Part shown: positions 9,438-19,026 of the stretch, in pieces
How positions within the stretch are numbered: the stretch's first letter is position 1
Layout of the letters: the number at the start of each line of letters is the position of its first letter
From: Candidatus Saccharimonas sp.
GTDB lineage: Bacteria > Patescibacteriota > Saccharimonadia > Saccharimonadales > Saccharimonadaceae
DNA: 32,000 bases
Direction: 5' to 3'
NCBI GenBank assembly: GCA_015256915.3
Contig: CP076101.2
Coordinates: forward strand, 120,001 to 152,000
Translations under genes and position numbers: made by a program
Notes under the pieces: generated by a model
The model's database searches: none
Seen by the model: the letters and a program-made list of their open reading frames with translations, nothing else
What the model was told of the DNA's origin: nothing

Positions 9438-11072
9438 GTGGTGGAGCGAATTTTTGAACAAATTTTAGAGAATCGTGGAATTTCGAAAGAGAATCGTGAG
9501 GCTTTTCTGAACCCAGATTATGATAATCAGCACGATCCTTTTTTATTGCCCGATATGGAAAAAGCAGTCGAGCGATTGCTTGTTGCTCATAAAAATCAAG
9601 AAAAAGTCACTGTTTATGGCGACTATGATGTTGACGGTGTGTCAGCTTCAACTGTGATTTTAACTGCTTTCGAAAGTTTTGGCTTTAAGAATGTAGATTA
9701 TTTTTTGCCAGATCGTTTTAAAGATGGCTATGGAATGAACGAACGTGGCGTTAAAATTTTAGCAGAACGCGGAACAAATCTAATTTTAACAGTTGACTGT
9801 GGAAGTTTAAACCATACTGAAATTGATTTTGCAAAAGGCTTTGGAATTGATACAATTGTGACCGATCATCATAATATTGCCGAAGTTCAGCCGAATGCAG
9901 TGGCGGTTGTAAATCCTCGCCGAAAAGAAAATAAATATCCGCAGGCTGAGAAATTTGCAGGTGTTGGTGTGGCTTTTAAATTGGTTCAAGCCTTGCAAAC
10001 CAAACTTAATGGTTTGCCTCTTGGCCAAGAAAAATGGTTTCTTGATATGGTGGCGCTTGGCACGGTTTGTGATATTATGGAGCAAACTATCGAAAATCGC
10101 CAAAATATTTTTTGGGGGCTAAAAGTCCTTTCGAAAACTCGCCGAGCTGGTTTGAAGTCGATGCTTGCATTAGCCGGCGTAAAAGAGCCAAAAAGTTCAA
10201 CGCTTGGTTTTATTATTGGCCCGCGAATCAATTCAGCTGGCCGGCTCGAAACGGCTGAAAAGGCTCTGGATTTAATGCTTGAAAACGACGCTTTCGTGGC
10301 TTTCGAAAAAGCTAAAAATCTTGATGATTTGAATAAAAAACGCCGTAAAATTCAACACGAAGCGCTCGAAATTGCAATTCAAAAAGCTAAGGATTTCGAA
10401 AATGATAAAGTTTTAGTTTTAGCGGATGAAAGTTTTAATGACGGGATTATTGGAATTGTGGCGAGTGGTTTGCTTGAACGCTTTAAAAAACCAGTTTTTG
10501 TAATTTCAATTGAGGGTGAAATTGCAAAAGGTTCGGCGCGAAGTTTTGGCGGATTTTCGGCAAGTCAAGCCGTTGATAAAGCGCGCAAAATCATTATTAA
10601 GGGCGGTGGTCATGATGCCGCAGCCGGTGTGACTCTGCCGACCTCGAAAATTAATGAATTTCGAAAAATCGTTAATAAATTTTATGATTCGCTTAATCTC
10701 AAAAATCAGCTTGAATATCTTTTGCCGAAAGTGGATATTCAACTTGAAGACTTTTCACCAATTTCGTTAGATCTTTTCGAAAAGATTACAGCACTTGAGC
10801 CTTTTGGAAAGGGAAATGAAGAACCAACTTTCGAAATTAAAAAGGTGCGAGTTGTAGCTCGGCAAGAAATGGGCGATAAAAAACAGCATTTAAAGCTAAC
10901 TTTAACAGATGGTGAGAATGAAATTAAAATGTTAAAATTTAATGCGCCAGAAGAATTTTTTGCTGAAATTGGTGAAGAAATTGACGTGGTTTTTTCGCTT
11001 GGCCTGAACGAATGGCAAGGGCAAAAAAATGTTGAAGGGCAGATTTTACATTTAGAGAGAAAGCGTGTATAA
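9438..11072 (+). CDS. recJ: Single-stranded-DNA-specific exonuclease RecJ
   Basis: DHH-family motifs DYDVDGVSA, TVDCG, TDHHN and GGGHDAAAG. GTG start. Confidence 0.92.
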   Translation: MVERIFEQILENRGISKENREAFLNPDYDNQHDPFLLPDMEKAVERLLVAHKNQEKVTVYGDYDVDGVSASTVILTAFESFGFKNVDYFLPDRFKDGYGMNERGVKILAERGTNLILTVDCGSLNHTEIDFAKGFGIDTIVTDHHNIAEVQPNAVAVVNPRRKENKYPQAEKFAGVGVAFKLVQALQTKLNGLPLGQEKWFLDMVALGTVCDIMEQTIENRQNIFWGLKVLSKTRRAGLKSMLALAGVKEPKSSTLGFIIGPRINSAGRLETAEKALDLMLENDAFVAFEKAKNLDDLNKKRRKIQHEALEIAIQKAKDFENDKVLVLADESFNDGIIGIVASGLLERFKKPVFVISIEGEIAKGSARSFGGFSASQAVDKARKIIIKGGGHDAAAGVTLPTSKINEFRKIVNKFYDSLNLKNQLEYLLPKVDIQLEDFSPISLDLFEKITALEPFGKGNEEPTFEIKKVRVVARQEMGDKKQHLKLTLTDGENEIKMLKFNAPEEFFAEIGEEIDVVFSLGLNEWQGQKNVEGQILHLERKRV

Positions 11073-11079
11073 TCGTCCT

Positions 11080-12114
11080 ATGAATAAAATCCATGTGAAT
11101 ATGATGAGCTCTGCAGATAAGGTTGCTGGCCAAGGTGTTGGCGGCGCTTATGCTGAGCTAATGAATCTTCTTGAGAATCGAGCAAAGAGCGAGTTAAAAA
11201 TTACCAAAACACTTCGTGCGAAAAATCCAGATATTACGCATTTTCACACTATTGATCCACATTTCTATCTAGCTGCACAGTTTAAAAAATATACTGGCCG
11301 CAGAATTGGCTACGTTCACTTAATTCCCGACACTCTTGATGGTAGCTTAGATATGCCAGCAATTGCTGAAAAAATTGTAAAAAAATATCTGATTAAATTT
11401 TATGATAAAATGGATCATTTAGTGGTTGTGAATCCAGATTTTAAAGAGGAATTAGTTAAAATTGGTATCGACCGAGAAAAAATAACTTATATTCCGAATT
11501 TCGTTGCAAAAGATAAATGGTCGCCTTTAAGTAAAGAAAAACGAGAGGAGTTTCGAAAAATACAAGGCTGGAAAAAAAATGATATTGTGGTTTTTGGAGT
11601 TGGTCAAGTTCAACAGCGTAAAGGCATTGATGATTTTGTAAAATTAGCAGAAAATAATCCCAATGTTAAATTTGTTTGGGCTGGCGGTTTTTCGTTTGGA
11701 AAAATTACCAGCGGCTATGAGCGATACAAAAAAATAGTTGAAAATCCACCAAAAAATTTGAAATTTTTAGGAATTGTTCCACGCGAAGAAATTCGAAAGT
11801 TTTATGCAAGTTGTGATTTGTTTCTTCTACCAAGTTATGCGGAGCTTTTCCCAATGTCTATTTTAGAAGCGGCTAGTTGCGGTGCGCCAATAATGTTGCG
11901 AGATTTAGATTTATATAAAAATATTCTTGAAGGAAAATATTTGGCAGGTAAAGATTTCGAAGAGATGAATGAAGTAATTAAAGATATTTCGAAAAATCCA
12001 GAAAAATTAAAAGAATTTAAAGCGAAGTCGAAAGAAATTTCAGAGTATTATTCAGAAGACAGGCTGTTAAAAATTTGGATTGATTTTTATAAAGAACAGG
12101 CAAAATTAAAGTGA
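11080..12114 (+). CDS. Glycosyltransferase family 4 (possibly glycolipid synthase-like)
   Basis: GT-B/GT4 C-terminal signature PSYAELFPMSILEAASCGAP. I prefer the ATG at 11080 over the GTG at 11065. Confidence 0.8.
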   Translation: MNKIHVNMMSSADKVAGQGVGGAYAELMNLLENRAKSELKITKTLRAKNPDITHFHTIDPHFYLAAQFKKYTGRRIGYVHLIPDTLDGSLDMPAIAEKIVKKYLIKFYDKMDHLVVVNPDFKEELVKIGIDREKITYIPNFVAKDKWSPLSKEKREEFRKIQGWKKNDIVVFGVGQVQQRKGIDDFVKLAENNPNVKFVWAGGFSFGKITSGYERYKKIVENPPKNLKFLGIVPREEIRKFYASCDLFLLPSYAELFPMSILEAASCGAPIMLRDLDLYKNILEGKYLAGKDFEEMNEVIKDISKNPEKLKEFKAKSKEISEYYSEDRLLKIWIDFYKEQAKLK

Positions 12115-12121
12115 AAAAATC

Positions 12122-12150
12122 TTGAATATAATTTGGAGTTGGGGTATAAT
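12122..12150 (+). promoter_or_regulatory. Sigma70-type promoter for the TM2 gene
   Basis: TTGAAT-17 nt-TATAAT. Confidence 0.55.
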
Positions 12151-12181
12151 TTAGGCATAATCTTAAAAAAGAAAGGAAAAT

Positions 12182-12490
12182 ATGGACGAAGGTTCAAAGG
12201 GTTTAAATAATAACATTAACATTAATATTAATCAGCCAGCTCTCGTGGCTAATACTAAAACTCTTAATGGAATTGCCTATTTCTTAGTGACTTGGTTTGT
12301 TGGTTTATTTGGCGTTCACCGATTCATGCGTGGTCAAGCTGGAATGGGGGTCTTGTATATTTTAACTTTTGGCTTATTTGGAATTGGCTGGATGATCGAC
12401 TGGATTTTATCTATTGTGTATCTTTTCGAAATGGATCAAAATAACGAAATCCATTTTGTTAATGGAAAGTATGCAAAAGTTCAAAAATAG
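12182..12490 (+). CDS. TM2 domain-containing membrane protein
   Basis: GLFGVHRFMRGQAGMGVLYILTFGLFGIGWMIDWI matches the TM2 two-helix signature. Confidence 0.85.
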   Translation: MDEGSKGLNNNINININQPALVANTKTLNGIAYFLVTWFVGLFGVHRFMRGQAGMGVLYILTFGLFGIGWMIDWILSIVYLFEMDQNNEIHFVNGKYAKVQK

Positions 12491-12501
12491 TTTTGAAAAT
12501 T

Positions 12502-12538
12502 ATAAAATCGTTCAAAATCGGGCGATTTTATTTTTTTC
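12502..12538 (+). terminator. Rho-independent terminator
   Basis: ATAAAATCG / CGATTTTAT stem followed by a T7 run. Confidence 0.7.
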
Positions 12539-12567
12539 TTGCTTTTTTAAAAAAACTTTGGTAAAAT
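12539..12567 (+). promoter_or_regulatory. Sigma70-type promoter for rpsU
   Basis: TTGCTT-17 nt-(TGG)TAAAAT. The ATG lies 10 nt after the -10 with no SD. Confidence 0.55.
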
Positions 12568-12577
12568 AGTAATCAGT

Positions 12578-12796
12578 ATGAGTATTAGTGTAACAAGGAA
12601 AGACCAGAAAGAAGCTAACGAAAATATTATTCGTCGCTTTAATCGAAAAGTTTTACAAAGTGGAGTTTTGAGCGAAGCTAAAGCATCGATGCGATTTTCA
12701 AAGCCTCTAAGTAAGGTTGAACGACGCAAAAAAGCAATCGTTCGAAATCAACGCCGTGCTGAAAAAGCACAAAAAATGCGACTTGGTATTCGCTAA
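12578..12796 (+). CDS. rpsU: 30S ribosomal protein S21
   Basis: Basic 72-aa protein with S21-like RRFNRKV..SGVL.EAK...F.KP..ERRKKA. Confidence 0.88.
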   Translation: MSISVTRKDQKEANENIIRRFNRKVLQSGVLSEAKASMRFSKPLSKVERRKKAIVRNQRRAEKAQKMRLGIR

Positions 12797-12803
12797 AAAA
12801 ACA

Positions 12804-12836
12804 TAAATTCCAGTCGAAAGGCTGGATTTATTTTTA
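12804..12836 (+). terminator. Rho-independent terminator
   Basis: AAATTCCAG / CTGGATTTA stem (1-nt bulge) followed by TTTTT. Confidence 0.6.
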
Positions 12837-12846
12837 AAGGAGGAAA

Positions 12847-13284
12847 ATGTTAAAAGAACAAATTAGTGCTGATTTAAAAACTGCAATGCTTGCCCGAAAT
12901 GCTTTCGAAACTACAGTTTTGCGAGGCTTGAAGGCTTCGATTTTGGACGAAGAAGTAAAGCTTGGTAAGCGTGAAGAAGGCTTAAATGATACTGAAATTG
13001 AAACTTTGGTTGCACGAGAAGTAAAAAAGCGCAAAGAAGCAGCAAGTTTATTAGATGAAGAGCGTGCTGAAAATGAATTAAAAGAAGCTGAAATTCTTTC
13101 AAAATATTTGCCGGAAATGGCGAGTGAGGAAGAAATTCGTGCAGCCGTGAAAGACGAAATTTCAATAATGGGTGAAGTTTCGATTAAACAAATGGGCGCA
13201 ATTATCAGTAAAATGAAAGCAAAATTTGGTAATTCTGCTGATGGTGCGGTTCTGGCAAAAATCGTAAAAGAGGAACTTTCGTAA
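12847..13284 (+). CDS. yqeY: GatB/YqeY domain-containing protein
   Basis: N-terminus L.EQI..DLK.AM.AR....T.LR.L.. is typical of YqeY. SD AAAGGAGGA. Confidence 0.85.
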   Translation: MLKEQISADLKTAMLARNAFETTVLRGLKASILDEEVKLGKREEGLNDTEIETLVAREVKKRKEAASLLDEERAENELKEAEILSKYLPEMASEEEIRAAVKDEISIMGEVSIKQMGAIISKMKAKFGNSADGAVLAKIVKEELS

Positions 13285-13477
13285 GTAGTAAGTAATTATT
13301 GTGATCACAACGTGGTTTCATTTTATAATAGTGTTATAAAATATAGGTTTAACTTCTTAAAATACCAGCTCTATAACAAAATAATTGAAATATTACTTAA
13401 TTTAGCTAAGATTTCTAACTTTTAAATTTTTATGCTATAATGTAAAAGTATATAATTTTAAAAACAAAAGGAATTTA

Positions 13478-14026
13478 ATGATTGTATTTTTTGGTCCAGC
13501 AGGCGCTGGTAAAAGTGTTCAAGGTAATCTGTTGGCAGCACGAAACGATTGGCGCTGGCTTGGCGCTGGTCAGCTTTTGCGTGATAGTAAAGATCCCGAA
13601 CTTCTTGCGCGAATGAGTACGGGAAAGCTAGTCGACCCAGAAATTGTTAATCGCGTTATGGGTGAGGCTCTTGATCGTGCAAACAGTAAAAATGTGAAAC
13701 AGGTTATTCTTGATGGTTACCCACGCCAGCTTGCTCAGGCTAAATGGCTAATTGAAAATAAGCAAAATCATGGCCGAAATGTTGATTTGGTAATTGTTCT
13801 AGAGGTGCCACGAAGTGAATTGATGCGTCGGCTTGAAATTCGTGGTCGACTTGATGACACACCAGAAGTTATTGATGAACGACTTCGAATTTATCGCCAA
13901 GAAATGTACCCAGTTTTAAATTATTTTAATGAAAATGGTGTGAGAATTGCTCATATTGATGGAACCGGTACGGTTGGTCAAGTTCATGATCGTATTATGG
14001 AGGAAATTGAATCGTGCGGAATTTAA
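13478..14026 (+). CDS. adk: Adenylate kinase (short form)
   Basis: P-loop GPAGAGKS, then GQLLRD and DGYPR motifs. Confidence 0.88.
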   Translation: MIVFFGPAGAGKSVQGNLLAARNDWRWLGAGQLLRDSKDPELLARMSTGKLVDPEIVNRVMGEALDRANSKNVKQVILDGYPRQLAQAKWLIENKQNHGRNVDLVIVLEVPRSELMRRLEIRGRLDDTPEVIDERLRIYRQEMYPVLNYFNENGVRIAHIDGTGTVGQVHDRIMEEIESCGI

Positions 14027-14784
14027 TTACTGGTAATAAAACTGAAGCGCAGATTCAGGCGATGCGTGAGGGCGGAAAAATCCTCGCGCGAATTTTGCGT
14101 GAGCTTACGGAATTTTCAAAAGTTGGCACGACTGGCCTTGAAGTTGATGCTTTTGCGCGCAAGAAAATTAAAGAATATGGAGCAAAATCTGCTTATCTCA
14201 CGCCAGAGGTAAATTTTCCTGGTGTAGTTTGTATTTCAGTGAATGATTGTGTTGTCCACGGCGCGCCAAATGATATCCCTTTCGAAAAAGGTGATGTGGT
14301 AAAATTTGACATGGTAATTGAGTTTAAAGGAATGATGACTGATTCTGCCACAACAACCGTGATTGGTGAAGAGCCAAAAGGAGCAGTTAAGCATCTCTTG
14401 AACGATACTAAAAAAGCGCTTTCAGCTGGAATTGCTGTTGTTAAGCCTGGCGTGAAAACTGGCGATATTGGTGCGGCAGTTGAAAAATCGCTAAAAAAAT
14501 CAAAACTTGGTAATGTTCGGGAATTGGTTGGTCATGGTGTTGGCTTAAAAATGCATATGGCACCAGAAGTTCCAAATTATGGTAAAGCTGGTATGGGTGT
14601 AGCTTTTCAAGAGGGTGACACTTTTTGTATCGAGCCAATGACTTCACTGGGTAAGGGTGATGTAATTTTCAATGGAACAGATAGTAAATGGGATGTTTTA
14701 ATGAGAGATGGTTCACTTTCGGCACATTTTGAGCACACCATTTTAGTCACAAAAGATGGAGCAGAAATTCTTACGCTAGAATAA
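14014..14784 (+). CDS. map: Type I methionine aminopeptidase
   Basis: Motifs VVHG, FD.V...G...D, GHGVG, FCIEP and FEHT. GTG start 10 nt after GGAGGA; 13-nt overlap with adk. Confidence 0.92.
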   Translation: MRNLITGNKTEAQIQAMREGGKILARILRELTEFSKVGTTGLEVDAFARKKIKEYGAKSAYLTPEVNFPGVVCISVNDCVVHGAPNDIPFEKGDVVKFDMVIEFKGMMTDSATTTVIGEEPKGAVKHLLNDTKKALSAGIAVVKPGVKTGDIGAAVEKSLKKSKLGNVRELVGHGVGLKMHMAPEVPNYGKAGMGVAFQEGDTFCIEPMTSLGKGDVIFNGTDSKWDVLMRDGSLSAHFEHTILVTKDGAEILTLE

Positions 14785-14795
14785 AATTTCGAAAA

Positions 14796-15707
14796 ATGGG
14801 AGGGAAAGGCAAATTTTCGAAAGAGAAAAAAGCTTGCAAACAAATGCATGCTCATTTTGGAATGGTACATGATCATAAAAAATCGAGTAATCTTCCATTA
14901 GCGATTGGTTTAAATTTGGGTTTTTCGATTGCGGAGTTTTTCTTTGGCACACTTTTTAGTTCGGCGGCGATTTCGGCTGATGCTGTTCACGATTTAGGTG
15001 ATGCAATTTTGCTTACGATTACATTGATTTTAAATAAACTAAGCAAGAAAAAACCAACTTCCGCAATGAGCTATGGTTATAAACGTTTTGCAGCGCTTGG
15101 GGCTCTTTTAAATACTGGTGTGATTTTATGGCTTTCATACACAATGGTGATTTCTGTATATTATGAATTTACTTTTCCGCATGCTCACCCATATGTAAAT
15201 GTTCCAGGGTTAATGATTGTTTCAATTGTGGGGATTTTAGTAAATTTATTCGCTGCAGCACGCTTATATGGTTCGAAAAATATTCTTGACCGAACAGTTT
15301 CGCTCCACTTAATTGAAGATCTGCTTGGTTGGATTTTAACATTTATTACCTCTGTTTTAATTTCATTTTCAGGACTTCATATACTCGATCGCGTGGCGAG
15401 TTTATGTATTTTATTATTTATTTCTTGGGGGGCAATTTCGAATGCTTGGGGAGTTTTAAAAATCTTAACTCAACGTGCACCAAGTATAAAAAATTTGAAC
15501 AAAATTAAAAAGCAAATTTTAGCGATTGAAGGTGTTTTGAAAATTGAAAATATTCATTTTTGGAGCCTTGACGGAGCGGAACATATTTTTACGGCAAGAA
15601 TTTTTGTGAGCGATATTTCAAGAGCTACTGAGATTCGCAAAAAAATCTCCCATTTTTTACCAGATTTTCAAATTGTAGATTCAACAATTGAGTTTTTAGA
15701 AAAATAA
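14796..15707 (+). CDS. Cation diffusion facilitator (CzcD/ZitB-like) transporter
   Basis: Six predicted TM segments, HDLGDA and HLIEDLLGW metal-site motifs, and a His-rich N-terminus. The start codon is uncertain. Confidence 0.85.
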   Translation: MGGKGKFSKEKKACKQMHAHFGMVHDHKKSSNLPLAIGLNLGFSIAEFFFGTLFSSAAISADAVHDLGDAILLTITLILNKLSKKKPTSAMSYGYKRFAALGALLNTGVILWLSYTMVISVYYEFTFPHAHPYVNVPGLMIVSIVGILVNLFAAARLYGSKNILDRTVSLHLIEDLLGWILTFITSVLISFSGLHILDRVASLCILLFISWGAISNAWGVLKILTQRAPSIKNLNKIKKQILAIEGVLKIENIHFWSLDGAEHIFTARIFVSDISRATEIRKKISHFLPDFQIVDSTIEFLEK

Positions 15708-15719
15708 TCAAAAAAGTGC

Positions 15720-15748
15720 TTGCAATTTTGAAAAGGCTCGTGTATAAT
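15720..15748 (+). promoter_or_regulatory. Sigma70-type promoter for the tRNA pair
   Basis: TTGCAA-17 nt-TATAAT, 20 nt upstream of tRNA-Thr. Confidence 0.55.
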
Positions 15749-15767
15749 TATTAATGTACTTGGTTGT

Positions 15768-15844
15768 GCCACCTTAGCTCAGCTGGTTAGAGCAGCTGTT
15801 TTGTAAACAGCAGGCCTTCGGTTCGAATCCGAAAGGTGGCTCCA
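15768..15844 (+). tRNA. tRNA-Thr (anticodon UGU), CCA encoded
   Basis: Hand-folded cloverleaf: acceptor GCCACCT/AGGTGGC, anticodon arm GCTGT-TTTGTAA-ACAGC, T-arm TTCGG-TTCGAAT-CCGAA, then T-CCA. Confidence 0.9.
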
Positions 15845-15870
15845 AGTATTTTTTAATACAAGAGTTGAAT

Positions 15871-15956
15871 GCTGGGATAGTGAAGCGGTCAAACACAACA
15901 GACTGTAAATCTGTCGGCAGATGCCTTCGAAAGTTCGAATCTTTCTCCCAGCACCA
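15871..15956 (+). tRNA. tRNA-Tyr (anticodon GUA), long variable arm, CCA encoded
   Basis: Acceptor GCTGGGA/TCCCAGC, anticodon arm ACAGA-CTGTAAA-TCTGT, long variable arm, T-arm GAAAG-TTCGAAT-CTTTC, then A-CCA. Confidence 0.9.
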
Positions 15957-15969
15957 GAAATTATTTTTA

Positions 15970-16004
15970 AAAAAACACCCACCTACTGCGAGGGTGTTTT
16001 TTTA
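15970..16004 (+). terminator. Rho-independent terminator after the tRNAs
   Basis: ACACCC / GGGTGT stem followed by a T8 run. Confidence 0.7.
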
Positions 16005-16064
16005 TTTTTTATATTCTACCTTGAAATAAAAATATAAATTTTGTTGGTTTTATTATTTTTACTC

Positions 16065-16093
16065 TTGCTAAAAATTAGCATTAACGGTATAAT
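16065..16093 (+). promoter_or_regulatory. Sigma70-type promoter for ftsA-ftsZ; -10 ends 6 nt before the ATG (leaderless)
   Basis: TTGCTA-17 nt-TATAAT-ATAACT-ATG(16100). No SD. Confidence 0.55.
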
Positions 16094-16099
16094 ATAACT

Positions 16100-17314
16100 A
16101 TGAATGAGAATTCTCGATATGTGGTAGGAATAGATATTGGAACAAGCAAGGTTCGTGTGCTTATTGCGAACTTTGATAGAGATGGCTCGCCAAATATTTT
16201 GGGGCTTGGATCGGCTGAAAATTCTGGACTTAAAAAAGGTGTTGTTACGCATCCAGAAAATGTTTATCGTGCGATTGATAAAGCTCTTGCTGAAGCTGAA
16301 CGCATGAGTGGCTATAAAACGGAAATAGCAGCCGTGAGTGTTAATGGCACGCAAATTTTGAGTACAAAAGTAGACGGAATGGTTGCAGTGAACTCAGAAA
16401 AAGGCTTGGTTAGTGATGAAGATATTTACCGAGTTGAAGATGTTGCATTGATTGGCAAAATCCCAGAAAATCGAGAAATCTTGAAGTTTATACCTTATTA
16501 TTATAATGTTGATAATCAAGAAGGGATTGCTGATCCTTTCGAAATGGTTGGAACGCGACTTGAGGTTTATGGAAACGCAATTTTTGCACCAAGAATACAA
16601 GTTGAAAATGTTGAAAATATTTTGGAGCGGCTTGATATTTCTTCGAATTTATACATTCCAAGTGCGGTAGCTTCAGCTCGGGCTGTACTAACTGAAAACC
16701 AAAAAGAAAATGGCGTTGTTGTTATTGATTTGGGGGCTTCAACGACTGGTATTGTGATTTTCGAAGATGGCAATCTGCAATTCATTGAAAATATTCCGCT
16801 CGGAGGGATAAATATTACTAACGATCTTGCGATTGGGCTAAAAGTTTCTCCAGAAGTTGCTGAAGAAATTAAAATTAAGCACGGTTTTGCTTTCGAAAGA
16901 GAAGATAATAGCGATATTGTTGTGAAACATGGTCGCGAGCATTACAGCTTTAATACGCAAGAAATTGATGAAATTATTGAGGCAAGGGTTGAAGAAATTT
17001 TTGAGGAAGTTCGAAAGGTTCTTCGAAAGTCTGGCTTTGAAAATCAATTACCAGGCGGTATTGTACTAACTGGAGGTGGAGCAGCTCTTAAAGGAATTGA
17101 CACATTTGCGAAAAAATACCTTCAGCTTGCAGTACAGATTAGTAAAAATGGAATTGATAATACGGTTTCTGAAAAGGTTAAAACACTCGAATATTCTGCT
17201 GCAGTCGGTTTGTTAATCGAAATGCGCGATAATACTTCGAGATATAATAGTTATAGAGATGAAGAGCCAGCGAAAATCGGATTTTTTGCAAAATTATTTA
17301 AGAAAAAACAATAA
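16100..17314 (+). CDS. ftsA: Cell division protein FtsA
   Basis: Actin-fold motifs VVGIDIGTSKV, VIDLGASTT and LTGGGA. Directly upstream of ftsZ. Confidence 0.93.
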   Translation: MNENSRYVVGIDIGTSKVRVLIANFDRDGSPNILGLGSAENSGLKKGVVTHPENVYRAIDKALAEAERMSGYKTEIAAVSVNGTQILSTKVDGMVAVNSEKGLVSDEDIYRVEDVALIGKIPENREILKFIPYYYNVDNQEGIADPFEMVGTRLEVYGNAIFAPRIQVENVENILERLDISSNLYIPSAVASARAVLTENQKENGVVVIDLGASTTGIVIFEDGNLQFIENIPLGGINITNDLAIGLKVSPEVAEEIKIKHGFAFEREDNSDIVVKHGREHYSFNTQEIDEIIEARVEEIFEEVRKVLRKSGFENQLPGGIVLTGGGAALKGIDTFAKKYLQLAVQISKNGIDNTVSEKVKTLEYSAAVGLLIEMRDNTSRYNSYRDEEPAKIGFFAKLFKKKQ

Positions 17315-17347
17315 AGTGATATAATGGGAGTAGATTAAGGAGAAGAA

Positions 17348-18571
17348 ATGCCAGAAATTATACCAAATGAAGTTCAAACTTTTGCTAAAATTAAAGTTGT
17401 AGGTATCGGTGGTGCCGGTGGAAGCGCCGTTAATCGAATGAAAGATGTTGGTTTGAGTAACATCGAGTTTATTGCGATGAATACTGATGCACAAGCTTTA
17501 TATAAATCAAAGGCTGACAAGAAAATCCACCTCGGTCGTGAAACTACAAATGGTTTAGGCGCTGGTGCTGATCCTATTGTCGGTGAGAGTGCCGCTCTTG
17601 AATCTCGAGAAGAAATTCGCGAGGCTCTTGATGGGGCCGATATGGTATTTATCGCCATTGGTGCTGGTGGTGGAACTGGTTCTGGAGCTGGTCACGTTGT
17701 GGCTGAAATTGCTCGTGAAATGGGAATTTTAGTTATTGGCGTTGCAACACGTCCATTTACTTTCGAGGGTGCAAAACGCAAAACTAATGCTGATTGGGCA
17801 ATTGAAAAGCTTGCCGCTGCGGTTGATACTCTAATAACAATCCCAAATGATCGTCTTCTTCAAACTGTTGATAGGAATTTGCCGCTTCTTGAAACTTTTA
17901 AAATTGCTGACGATGTTCTTCGGCAAGGTGTTCAGGGCGTTTCCGAACTTATTACCGAGCATGGCTTAATCAACCTTGACTTCGCAGATGTTAAATCAAT
18001 TATGAGCAATGCCGGTTCTGCTTTAATGGGAATTGGCCGTGCCAGTGGCGATAATCGTGCTCAAAAAGCTGCCGAACAGGCTATCGAAAGCCCAATGATT
18101 GAGGTTTCTATTGATGGCGCACGTGGTGTTCTATTTAATGTTGCTGGTGGCTATGATATGAGTATGAGCGAGATTCAGGAGGCGGCTGAAATTATTACTG
18201 GTGCCGTTGCTCCGGATGCGAATATTATTTTTGGTGCAACACTTAAACCTGAGCTTGAAGATGAATTGATTATCACAGTTGTTGCAACTGGTTTTGATCG
18301 TGATTACAATGAGCCTGTAATAAATTCGCTCGAAAGTGCTGTTTCGAAAACTTTTAATCTTGAAGATGAACATACTGAAGCGCAAGAAATCAACCATACA
18401 ATTTCGAACGCAATTGATATGGAATTAAATAATGAAGAAAAAACTTCAGCCGAAGATTTTGCTAGTGATATCGAAACTAAAAATATTTGGGCTCAAGACG
18501 AAGAAGAAAAGGACGAAAGCGATATTCCTGCATTTTTGCGACGCCGAAAACGTAATAAAAAGGAAGATTAA
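17348..18571 (+). CDS. ftsZ: Cell division protein FtsZ
   Basis: [13 protein letters not shown], the tubulin signature [15 protein letters not shown], and the C-terminal peptide DIPAFLRRR. Confidence 0.96.
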   Translation: MPEIIPNEVQTFAKIKVVGIGGAGGSAVNRMKDVGLSNIEFIAMNTDAQALYKSKADKKIHLGRETTNGLGAGADPIVGESAALESREEIREALDGADMVFIAIGAGGGTGSGAGHVVAEIAREMGILVIGVATRPFTFEGAKRKTNADWAIEKLAAAVDTLITIPNDRLLQTVDRNLPLLETFKIADDVLRQGVQGVSELITEHGLINLDFADVKSIMSNAGSALMGIGRASGDNRAQKAAEQAIESPMIEVSIDGARGVLFNVAGGYDMSMSEIQEAAEIITGAVAPDANIIFGATLKPELEDELIITVVATGFDRDYNEPVINSLESAVSKTFNLEDEHTEAQEINHTISNAIDMELNNEEKTSAEDFASDIETKNIWAQDEEEKDESDIPAFLRRRKRNKKED

Positions 18572-19026
18572 TGGAATTTAATCTTGACGAAACAAAAGTT
18601 TTGGAAAGTAGAATGTCAGTTGACGGTCAATCTGTGCGCCGCCGCCGAGTTGCGCCAGACGGTACTCGTTTTACCACCTATGAGCGGATCGAAAAACCAC
18701 GAATTGTTGTGATGAAGTCGCACGGTGGTCGCGAGGATTTTAGCCGTGAAAAGCTTAAAAGTTCAATTATTCGTTCAATTGGTAAGTTCATTTCTGACCT
18801 TCAAGTTGAAGAAATTATTAATCGTGTCGAGAATGAACTTCTTCAAAAATCAAGTAAAGTTTCTTCGCACCAGATTGGCGAGACGGTTCTTTCGGTATTG
18901 TTTGAGATGAACAAGGTTGCGTATATTCGTTTTGCGAGTGTTTTTAATGGCTTTGAAACGGTTGAAGATTTCGAAGACATTTTAGTAAAAGTTAGAGGTG
19001 AAAATGAGAATTGTAGTAGTTTATAA
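18571..19026 (+). CDS. nrdR: NrdR-like protein: ATP-cone intact, zinc-ribbon cysteines absent
   Basis: Motifs SVRRRR, RFTTYERIE and VAYIRFASVF align to NrdR along the full length. The ATG overlaps the ftsZ stop (TAATG). No Cys at the four canonical positions. Confidence 0.8.
   Translation: MEFNLDETKVLESRMSVDGQSVRRRRVAPDGTRFTTYERIEKPRIVVMKSHGGREDFSREKLKSSIIRSIGKFISDLQVEEIINRVENELLQKSSKVSSHQIGETVLSVLFEMNKVAYIRFASVFNGFETVEDFEDILVKVRGENENCSSL

Noticed and set aside
13299-13310. Perfect 12-bp palindrome TTGTGATCACAA in the AT-rich yqeY-adk spacer.
   Set aside because: It is a single short palindrome with no second copy in the window and no adjacent regulator. It could be an operator, but nothing here supports that.
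15779-15982. 67-aa minus-strand ORF.
   Set aside because: It overlaps the two tRNA genes. The tRNA cloverleaves explain the sequence.
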